24,512 nt of DNA from Candidatus Krumholzibacteriia bacterium (GTDB lineage: Bacteria > Krumholzibacteriota > Krumholzibacteriia > WVZY01). The notes under the pieces are model-generated. The model searched no databases. It had not been told where the DNA came from and worked only from the letters and a program-made list of their open reading frames with translations. A program made the position numbers and the translations under genes. Below are positions 8,361-15,400 of the stretch, in pieces. The stretch is taken from contig JAZGDW010000058.1 in NCBI GenBank assembly GCA_036478295.1, forward strand, positions 1 through 24,512. Direction: 5' to 3'. The first letter of the stretch is position 1. The number at the start of each line of letters is the position of its first letter.

Positions 8361-9217
8361 TGCTATATACCTTGGGAATGGATGTCGGCTGCAGCGCGGT
8401 CAAGTCCGCCGTGATGGCGTTCGATGACCGGGGCCGCAAGGAGAAGTTGCTCGGTACCCGGTTGGACAAGATCCGCAGGCGCAACCTCAAGGATGTTATC
8501 GTGCAATCCTGTGAGCGCATCCTGGAGGAGCAGAAGTTGTCCCGAGACGACATTGACTACGTGGCCACGACCGGCGAAGGCGAACTGGTGGATTTCAAGC
8601 GAGGCCATTTTTATTCCATGACCACGCACGCGCGCGGCGCCCTCTTTCTGGACCCCGAGGCAAGGGCGGTCCTGGACGTGGGCGCGCTGCACTCGAAGGC
8701 CATCGTCATGGACGAGCGCTCCAAGGTTCTGGGCTATCGCATGACGTCGCAGTGCGCGTCGGGCACCGGCCAGTTTCTGGAGAACATCTCGCGTTATCTC
8801 GGCGTGTCCATCGACGAAGTGGGGCCACTCTCCCTCGAGGGAGACAATCCGGAGATCGTATCGGGCATTTGCGCGGTCCTCGCCGAGACGGACGTCATCA
8901 ATATGGTGAGCCGCGGGATCACGCCAGGAAACATTCTCAAGGGAATCCACTTGTCCATCGGCAAGCGGTTGATTAACCTGCTGCGTATGGTGAAGGCCGA
9001 GGGCCCGATGCTCGTGACCGGCGGCCTTTCCAGGGACAGCGGACTGCTCGCCGTTCTCGAAGAGCTGGCGCAGAAGACGTCGCTGGACGTCGAGGTTCGC
9101 AGCCACGAGCTATCCGTCTTCGCGGGGGCCATCGGTGCGGCGGTGTGGGGTGCATTCCGCCACGTAAAACTGAAGGGCGCTCACAAGTCGTCGTCGCAGG
9201 CGATCGGCACCGCCTGA
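8360..9217 (+). CDS. bcrD: benzoyl-CoA reductase subunit D (ASKHA ATPase)
   Basis: GMDVG, YVATTGEGE, HFYSMTTHARGA, MTSQCASGTGQFLEN and SGICAVLAETDVINMVSRG; TGATG overlap with bcrA. Confidence 0.95.
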   Translation: MLYTLGMDVGCSAVKSAVMAFDDRGRKEKLLGTRLDKIRRRNLKDVIVQSCERILEEQKLSRDDIDYVATTGEGELVDFKRGHFYSMTTHARGALFLDPEARAVLDVGALHSKAIVMDERSKVLGYRMTSQCASGTGQFLENISRYLGVSIDEVGPLSLEGDNPEIVSGICAVLAETDVINMVSRGITPGNILKGIHLSIGKRLINLLRMVKAEGPMLVTGGLSRDSGLLAVLEELAQKTSLDVEVRSHELSVFAGAIGAAVWGAFRHVKLKGAHKSSSQAIGTA

Positions 9218-9226
9218 GAGCGGCTT

Positions 9227-9259
9227 TGCCGCCGCCCGGCGTATACTGTCGCGGCGGCA
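9227..9259. other. GC-rich stem-loop between bcrD and the SDR gene
   Basis: TGCCGCCGC (9227-9235) pairs with GCGGCGGCA (9251-9259); 15-nt loop containing TATACT; no U-tract. Confidence 0.5.
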
Positions 9260-9269
9260 GCGGATCATC

Positions 9270-10025
9270 ATGATAGATCTCAAGAAGAAAACGGCCATCG
9301 TCACCGGGGCAGGCAAGGGGATCGGTTCGGGCATCGCATCCACCATGGCGCGTCTCGGCGCGTCCGTGGCGCTGGTCGACGTGGACGGCGAGTCCGTGGC
9401 CCAGGTCGCCGAGCGGCTGGCCGCGGAGGGAGGAAGGGCAAAGGCGTTCCCCGCCGACGTGCTCGACCGGGGGGCGCTCGCGGGAGTCGTCGACTCCGTG
9501 CGGGGGGATTGGGGCCAGGTCGACATCCTGGTCAACAATGCCGGTATCATCCGTGATAATTTCCTGGAAAAGATTACCGAGGCGGACTGGGACGCCGTTC
9601 TGGGTGTGAATCTCAAGGGCGCCTTCCTGGCCTGCCAGGCCGTGGTTCCGCACATGAAAGAGCGCGGCTACGGCAAGATCGTGAACATCATCTCCCGGTC
9701 GTGGCTGGGCAATGTCGGCCAGAGCAACTACGCGGCAAGCAAGGGCGGCCTGGTAAGCCTCACCCGGACGCTGGCGCTGGAGCTGGCCAGGGACGGGATC
9801 AACGTCAACGGTGTATCTCCCGGCATGGTCGACACGCCGATGACACGCGCGCTCCCCGACAAGGTCGTCAAGCGGCTCCTCAGCACACAGCCAATGGGCG
9901 AGATGGGAACCGTCGACGATATCGCTCATGCGGTGTGTTTTCTCGCCTCCGATGAGGCCCGTCTCATCACCGGGCAGATCTTGCACGTCGATGGCGGAAA
10001 AAGCTGCGGATTACTATCTCTGTAG
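9270..10025 (+). CDS. short-chain dehydrogenase/reductase (FabG-like; possibly a 3-hydroxyacyl-CoA dehydrogenase of the lower pathway)
   Basis: TGAGKGIG, NNAG, YAASK and VDGG motifs; Asp at the end of beta-2 (LVDVD) suggests an NAD(H) preference. Confidence 0.88.
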   Translation: MIDLKKKTAIVTGAGKGIGSGIASTMARLGASVALVDVDGESVAQVAERLAAEGGRAKAFPADVLDRGALAGVVDSVRGDWGQVDILVNNAGIIRDNFLEKITEADWDAVLGVNLKGAFLACQAVVPHMKERGYGKIVNIISRSWLGNVGQSNYAASKGGLVSLTRTLALELARDGINVNGVSPGMVDTPMTRALPDKVVKRLLSTQPMGEMGTVDDIAHAVCFLASDEARLITGQILHVDGGKSCGLLSL

Positions 10026-10115
10026 AGTCCTCCCGGCCTCGATTAAATATATAACCAAATATAAAATAATAAGATACGATAGATCTTGAAGTATTGGTCA
10101 AATAATTGTTGACAC

Positions 10116-10138
10116 GAATATTGTTATAACAGATATTC
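10116..10138. promoter_or_regulatory. probable MarR autoregulatory operator overlapping an extended -10
   Basis: GAATAT-TGTTATAACA-g-ATATTC near-perfect palindrome containing TG-n-TATAAC (10122-10130), at the end of a roughly 100-bp AT-rich stretch and abutting ATG 10139. Confidence 0.65.
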
Positions 10139-10642
10139 ATGTCATCTCCCATCAATAAACGACCCGGATTGACGTTAAAGGCGGTACTCATGGCGGAAGT
10201 CGCCCCGCACCGTGCACAACAAGCGTTCCTCGACGTGATGCGTACACAGGATCGACTGCTCGGCGAGGTCGCCGAGTTCTGTAAGGCGAACGGGATCTCC
10301 GAATCCCAGTACAATGTCCTGCGCATCCTGCGGGGAGTGGGGGAGACGGGGCTGTCGTGCCAGGGGATCGCTTCGAGCATGATCACGCGAGTGCCCGACG
10401 TGACCCGCCTCATCGACCGCCTGGAGAAGTTGGGGCTGGTCGAGCGCGCGCGCAGCGACGACGACCGGCGGGTGGTCGTGGTGAAGATCGGGCGGCCGGG
10501 ACTCGATCTGCTCGCCCGGCTCGATGAGCCGGTTCTGGCTCTTCACGAGCGCCAGTTCAGCTGCCTGACGACGAGCGAGCAGCACGAGCTGAGCCGGCTG
10601 CTCGCAAAGCTGCGTGGACCCAGACAAGGAGAACCTTCATGA
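10139..10642 (+). CDS. MarR-family transcriptional regulator
   Basis: ISESQYNVLRIL, PDVTRLIDRLEKLGLVERARSDDDRRVV winged-helix signature. Confidence 0.92.
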   Translation: MSSPINKRPGLTLKAVLMAEVAPHRAQQAFLDVMRTQDRLLGEVAEFCKANGISESQYNVLRILRGVGETGLSCQGIASSMITRVPDVTRLIDRLEKLGLVERARSDDDRRVVVVKIGRPGLDLLARLDEPVLALHERQFSCLTTSEQHELSRLLAKLRGPRQGEPS

Positions 10643-11337
10643 TCGAGAGACGACCGGCAGGCGAGCGCGGCCATGCGAATCACGGGTGGCTCGACACGCA
10701 CTTTACGTTCTCGTTCGCCGATTACCACGACGAAGAACACATGGGTTTCCGAACGCTGCGCGTCATAAACGACGACACCATTCAGCCGGCAGGCGGTTTC
10801 GGCACGCACCCCCACCGCGACATGGAGATTATCACCTATGTCCTCGAGGGCGCGCTCGAACACAAGGACAACATGGGAACGGGATCCGTGATCACCGCCG
10901 GCGACGTGCAGCACATGAGCGCCGGCAGGGGCGTGACCCACAGCGAGTTCAACCCGTCCAGCGAGCGCCCGGTACGACTTCTCCAGATCTGGATCCGGCC
11001 GGCCGAGCGCGGCATCGAGCCCGGTTACGACCAGAAATCGTTCCCGGAAGAATCCAAGCGCGGACGGCTGTGCCTGATCGCGTCGCCGGACGGACGTGAC
11101 GGCTCGCTGACCATCCACCAGGATGTCAGCCTCTACGCGACTGTGCTCGCGGGGGGCGACAGGGTGAAATACGATCTCCGCGCCGGGCGTCATGCCTGGG
11201 TGCAGGTGGCGCGCGGCGAGGCGAAGGTGAACGGTGTCCGCCTGCAGGAAGGCGATGGAGCGGCTGTCAGCGATGAGTCCCGTCTCGAGTTCGAAGGCGT
11301 CGAGACCGCGGAAGTGTTGTTGTTTGACCTTGCCTGA
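10639..11337 (+). CDS. pirin-family bicupin protein (YhhW-like)
   Basis: RGHANHGWL, GFRTLRVINDD, metal ligands in HPHRDME and HSE, LLQIWI; ATGA overlap with marR. Confidence 0.93.
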   Translation: MIERRPAGERGHANHGWLDTHFTFSFADYHDEEHMGFRTLRVINDDTIQPAGGFGTHPHRDMEIITYVLEGALEHKDNMGTGSVITAGDVQHMSAGRGVTHSEFNPSSERPVRLLQIWIRPAERGIEPGYDQKSFPEESKRGRLCLIASPDGRDGSLTIHQDVSLYATVLAGGDRVKYDLRAGRHAWVQVARGEAKVNGVRLQEGDGAAVSDESRLEFEGVETAEVLLFDLA

Positions 11338-11382
11338 GTAACGGCGTCCCTTAAGAGACGCGAACCTACGAAAGGAGCCAGA

Positions 11383-11985
11383 ATGTCAAAAGAGGCAAAG
11401 ACGGACCATCCCGTGCATGAGCTTATTGCAAAACGTTGGAGCCCGTACGGCTATGCGGATCGCACCGTATCCGTAGAGGATCTTCGCTCGCTGTTCGAAG
11501 CGGCTCGGTGGGCCGCCTCCTCGTACAACGAGCAGCCGTGGCGGTATATCGTTGCGACGAAGGACGACCCGCAAGAATTCGAGCGGGTGCTCTCCTGCCT
11601 GGTCGAGGGCAATCAGGGATGGGCGAAATCGGCGCCGGTACTGGCCCTGGGTTGTGTCAATCTCAACTTCACCCGCAACGGCAAGCCGAACGCCGCGGCC
11701 ATTCATGACCTGGGGCTCGCCGCGGGCAACCTGACGTTCGAGGCCACGGCCCGGGGGATCGTCGTCCACCAGATGATCGGCATCCTGCCGGACCGTGCGC
11801 GCGAGATCTACGGCATCCCCGAAGGCTCGCAGCCAGTAACGGCACTAGCCATTGGTTACGCCGCAGACCCCGGCGACCTGCCGGAGCCGCTGAAAGAGCG
11901 TGACCTCGCGCCCCGCAGTAGAAATCCCCTGGGTGAGTTGGTTTTTGGGGGTAAGTGGGGAGAGCGCGCCGACTTCACCGGATAG
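11383..11985 (+). CDS. nitroreductase-family flavoprotein
   Basis: IAKRWSP, EAARWAASSYNEQPWRY, HDLGLAAGNL, HQMIG and AIGY motifs; AAGGAG RBS. Confidence 0.92.
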   Translation: MSKEAKTDHPVHELIAKRWSPYGYADRTVSVEDLRSLFEAARWAASSYNEQPWRYIVATKDDPQEFERVLSCLVEGNQGWAKSAPVLALGCVNLNFTRNGKPNAAAIHDLGLAAGNLTFEATARGIVVHQMIGILPDRAREIYGIPEGSQPVTALAIGYAADPGDLPEPLKERDLAPRSRNPLGELVFGGKWGERADFTG

Positions 11986-11989
11986 CGTC

Positions 11990-12068
11990 CGCGAAAACCG
12001 CCGCGCGGCTCAGCGCCGGCGGCGCGCGACAACCCGAGCGCGACAACCCCGGTGCCACCCGCGAAAAC
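11990..12068. repeat. four dispersed copies of the 9-mer CGCGA(A/C)AAC
   Basis: Copies start at 11990, 12025, 12039 and 12060, in the spacer between the convergent nitroreductase and histone genes. Confidence 0.55.
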
Positions 12069-12079
12069 GGCACGCCGGC

Positions 12080-12265
12080 TCAAAAGTCCCGGTCCATGAC
12101 GGTCTTGCGACCGGCACTCCTTGCCTTTTCAACGGCCTCATCGCAGAGACGGCGAACGATGCTGGACAATGCCGGTGCAACGTTGCCGGCCGTGCTCATG
12201 CCGGCGGTCGACTTGATGTATTTCTTGATCTTCGATACAACAACCAGGGTTTCGTTATCGCTCAT
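12080..12265 (-). CDS. bacterial histone-fold protein (Bd0055-like singlet)
   Basis: 61 aa and basic. alpha1 LVVVSKIKKYIK, L1 GMSTA, alpha2 ALSSIVRRLCDEAVEKARSAG, L2/alpha3 RKTVMDRDF with histone R-x-T-x4-D spacing. AGGAGG RBS a few nt upstream of the ATG. Confidence 0.9.
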   Translation of the reverse strand: MSDNETLVVVSKIKKYIKSTAGMSTAGNVAPALSSIVRRLCDEAVEKARSAGRKTVMDRDF

Positions 12266-12321
12266 GGTCCCTCCTGTGCGTGGTTCGGGCCAGCCCGTCC
12301 GGGACGGGGTTTTGACGGATT

Positions 12322-12350
12322 AATATAGCCGTGTCCGGGCAGGTTTGGAA
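12322..12350 (-). promoter_or_regulatory. candidate sigma70 promoter of the histone gene
   Basis: Minus strand TTCCAA (12350-12345), 17-nt spacer, TATATT (12327-12322), about 55 nt upstream of the ATG. Confidence 0.55.
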
Positions 12351-12391
12351 ACGACTATTTTGTCGCCGCGAGCGGATCGTTTCCCGTGCGA

Positions 12392-12435
12392 GCGTGCCCT
12401 GTAACATGATATATACAATAGGTTACAGGGCACGC
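12392..12435. other. 14-bp perfect inverted repeat (terminator-like hairpin or binding site)
   Basis: GCGTGCCCTGTAAC (12392-12405) and GTTACAGGGCACGC (12422-12435) around an AT-rich 16-nt loop, about 40 nt downstream of the cytochrome stop. Confidence 0.7.
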
Positions 12436-12477
12436 ACCAGACGGAGAACCCCGATAGTATCCTGGGCGCCGTCTGGC

Positions 12478-15138
12478 TCAGCGCAGGAGAACGATCTTGC
12501 GGCTGAAATGCTGTGTCGCCGTCTTCATGCGGTAATAGTAAACCCCCGAGGCAACGCGCTGGCCGACCTGGTTGGTTCCATCCCAGGTGACCGTCTGAAA
12601 CCCTGGTGGCCTTTCCTCATTGATAAGCGTCTTCACCAGACGACCGGCGACGTCGTAGATGCGGATCGTCATCGGTTCCCGTTTTCCGAGCGCATAGCGG
12701 ATGGTCGCAGATGTGCGGAACGGGTTGGGCCAGTTCTGGAGCAGCGCGGTCTTTATCGTTGGAATATCACCGATCCCAGTCGGATCCACATGGAGGCTGG
12801 TTGTGTCGGTGACCATTACAACCGGCGCGGCCCGTCCCTGTGCCACCCATGCATCGTACAACTGTTGTCCCAGTGTGTTGGTCGTGTTTTCGTCGCGGAG
12901 GAACTCGATGTATCCCTTCGATGTAGTTTGGTAATACAGTGTCACCTCTGCGAACACCGCGTCGAGGGGCAGAACGTATTCGGTTTCGTCCCAGTACTGG
13001 CCGTCCGGATACGTGTGCGCGACCGGCGGCGACTGAATTGCTTCAAAGGCCGCAAAGGTGTACCCGCGCGGCGGAATCCGGTTATCCGAATATATGGTGT
13101 CGTTCAAAACGAAATGGAACGACGGGGCCGCGGGCAGACCGACGACCGGCGCGAGCGATGTCGAAACGCCGGGCTTGACCTGATAGATCTTCACGTCGGC
13201 GTCGTGCGTAAGAACGCCGGTCGCGGGATCGTATGCGCCTGATTCGTAAACCAGGCTGTCGTCCGCATCGAACGCCTTGACACCCAGCCAGATCCTCCGG
13301 CCTTCCGGGTAGCCGGACGGTAGCTTGTGGCCTGTTTCGTTGGTGACCGTCACCGTGACTGTCGGATTGGAAAGTTGCTGGCCGGGGGTAAGTGCCATCG
13401 TCGCCGCCAGCCCCAGCATCTGGATCGCCCGCTGCTTTCCATCCTGCAGGCGCAGCGAATCCACTTCACTGCCCCAGAAGGACGGCAGAATATCCGGCAC
13501 GAAGTGATTGGCTCCCATCAGGTCGTGCAGCGGCAGATCGGGCCGCGTCGGAACGCCGGGCTCGTCGCAGCCCACTCCGCTAACGTCGCGCATGTGGCAA
13601 TCCTGGCAGGTCGACACGATGCCGTCGGCCTTATTGCCCGCGAACTGCGGTGCGAACACGCCCGACGCCGCGTACTCACTCTCCGACCACTCGCTGAACG
13701 TACGCTCCACAGGGAACATATTCCGAAGGTCTCCGTCGGGATGGGGTGCGTCGAATGCGTTAGGCACGTATTCACCCGGACTGCCGCCGGCGCTGAACAC
13801 GGGGTTGCTGACGTCATGGCAGGTCCCGCAGAGAGCGGCGCGGTGAAAGGGCGATTCGAGAAACGAGTGGCTCGCGACCGCATCGCCAAACGGCCCGCGC
13901 ATGATCGGGTCCGGGTCGACCACATACTGCCCGTTCGCCGGGGCGAGGGGCACGACATCCAGCGAATCGAGCACCGCCGTGTCCTGCGGTGGGCTTATGC
14001 CGGGTTTATAGATCGGGTCCACCTGGCGGTGACAGAAATCGCATTGGACACCCGCGCGGTCCTTTGCCGTTATGAGAGCACCGCTCGTATCGACCGAACG
14101 TCCTTCCAGCCACCCGCCCGGCGTGTGACAACGGATGCAAAGATCGCCCACTGACGGCGCATCCTGCTCGGCCACCACCACGGTGGCCAGAAACAGCGGA
14201 TCCCTCTGGGCTTGGGCCATCATACTGCCCTTCCACACGTACCAGGGCTCCACCGCGGGATCGTATTCGCCGTGGCAGGTGACGCAGTTGACATCGGGGT
14301 CCCTGAACACACCTGCGGAGAATGGCTGCGAGCCGGGAAGATCGATATCACGCATCGTTGTGGGGACAGTTCCACCGGGTACGCGGGTGATCGTGAAGGA
14401 GGCGTCGCTCAGATCCTCACCGTAGTTGCCCGCGTTGTCCCGTGCCACCACACGGATGGCGCTCAGTCCGCCGGGGCGGTTGGGCACGAACCAGTCGAAG
14501 GTTCCGTCGTTGGGTTCCTGGGCGGCGACCTGCTTGAAGGTCCCGCCAAAATCGTCGGACAAGTAGATATCCACATGTGAAATGCCGCTGGCGTCGGTCG
14601 CCGACCAGGTCACGAGATCGAATGTGCCTGCCTGGGCGTTCTCTCCGCCGTTCGGTGACAGAACGGTCACGACCGGAGGTGTGGTGTCGCTGCTGCCGCT
14701 GGGCGTCAGGTACGGCAGTATGTCGGCCGGATCGACGTTAGCGACGGAGCCGACGTTGCCCGATTCGAGTCCGGGGAAGGTCGGGGTATTGGTAAAATTG
14801 ATGACGTCTGTTATCTCGACATTATTGATAAAACCATCGTTGTCGGCATCGAGGCCATCGAGCGAGAGGATGGCAGCCTCGGTGGTGGGGAAGCTGCCGA
14901 TGGCAACCTCCACCGACAATCCGTAAGGATTCCGCGGCCCGCCGCCGTCGAAATCAAAATGGCACACACCGCAGTGCCCCGCGTTGCTGGGCAGGTCGTC
15001 GAGCCGGCTTGCGGTGGCGCCGGGATACACATTGAAAAACGCCTTGCGGATCGGTCTTCGGGCCTGGGCCGGTGACACCGGAAGCGTGAGAAGGGTCGCG
15101 ATGACGAGGATGGATACTCTGAAAAAGGCAGTGGGCAT
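12478..15138 (-). CDS. secreted multiheme (6 CxxCH) cytochrome c with an Ig-like domain and a C-terminal FlgD-Ig/T9SS-type sorting domain
   Basis: Start reassigned to ATG 15138 (GAGGTG RBS; signal peptide MPTAFFRVSILVIATLLTLPVSPAQA), giving 886 aa. Heme motifs CGVCH, CVTCH, CIRCH, CDFCH, CGTCH, CQDCH; GHKLPSG; tail LLQNWPNPF...IYDVAGRLV...WDG...ASGVYYY...KIVLLR. Confidence 0.9.
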   Translation of the reverse strand: MPTAFFRVSILVIATLLTLPVSPAQARRPIRKAFFNVYPGATASRLDDLPSNAGHCGVCHFDFDGGGPRNPYGLSVEVAIGSFPTTEAAILSLDGLDADNDGFINNVEITDVINFTNTPTFPGLESGNVGSVANVDPADILPYLTPSGSSDTTPPVVTVLSPNGGENAQAGTFDLVTWSATDASGISHVDIYLSDDFGGTFKQVAAQEPNDGTFDWFVPNRPGGLSAIRVVARDNAGNYGEDLSDASFTITRVPGGTVPTTMRDIDLPGSQPFSAGVFRDPDVNCVTCHGEYDPAVEPWYVWKGSMMAQAQRDPLFLATVVVAEQDAPSVGDLCIRCHTPGGWLEGRSVDTSGALITAKDRAGVQCDFCHRQVDPIYKPGISPPQDTAVLDSLDVVPLAPANGQYVVDPDPIMRGPFGDAVASHSFLESPFHRAALCGTCHDVSNPVFSAGGSPGEYVPNAFDAPHPDGDLRNMFPVERTFSEWSESEYAASGVFAPQFAGNKADGIVSTCQDCHMRDVSGVGCDEPGVPTRPDLPLHDLMGANHFVPDILPSFWGSEVDSLRLQDGKQRAIQMLGLAATMALTPGQQLSNPTVTVTVTNETGHKLPSGYPEGRRIWLGVKAFDADDSLVYESGAYDPATGVLTHDADVKIYQVKPGVSTSLAPVVGLPAAPSFHFVLNDTIYSDNRIPPRGYTFAAFEAIQSPPVAHTYPDGQYWDETEYVLPLDAVFAEVTLYYQTTSKGYIEFLRDENTTNTLGQQLYDAWVAQGRAAPVVMVTDTTSLHVDPTGIGDIPTIKTALLQNWPNPFRTSATIRYALGKREPMTIRIYDVAGRLVKTLINEERPPGFQTVTWDGTNQVGQRVASGVYYYRMKTATQHFSRKIVLLR

Positions 15139-15186
15139 GGCGCACCTCGTTCGGAGAAAGGGGAAGGAAAAGTGACAAATATCAAC

Positions 15187-15206
15187 TATGTGAAAAGTTT
15201 CACATA
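15187..15206. promoter_or_regulatory. Rex- or CRP-type operator upstream of the cytochrome gene
   Basis: TATGTGAA-aagt-TTCACATA fits both TGTGA-N6-TCACA (CRP) and the TGTGAA-N4-TTCACA core (Rex). It lies between a minus-strand TATACT (15224-15219) and the start codon. Confidence 0.7.
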
Positions 15207-15400
15207 CTTTCTGCAGTGAGTATAGACCTGATTGTTGCGTTTCGCCATTTCGTTTTTGCCCCGCCGATCGATCCTCTAACGGAATAGTGAAACCATCGCC
15301 TGAAATTGGCTTGCGCCGGGCTGTGCCGCGTGCCACGATGCACGGTGCCCGCTTGGGGTCGCGGGTCCTTATTCGCGATCGTGTGTCCACTGCAACCCTC

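Noticed and set aside
4569..9217. Assignment as 2-hydroxyacyl-CoA dehydratase plus activator, or as Bzd-type (bzdNOPQ) reductase
   Set aside because: Two distinct ATPase subunits including a long 451-aa BcrA, the CBAD order and sizes, and adjacent dch/had/oah fit the Bcr type.
12478..12750. Flagellar hook-capping protein FlgD
   Set aside because: Only the Ig-like tail resembles FlgD; it is appended to unrelated secreted proteins and there are no flagellar genes here.
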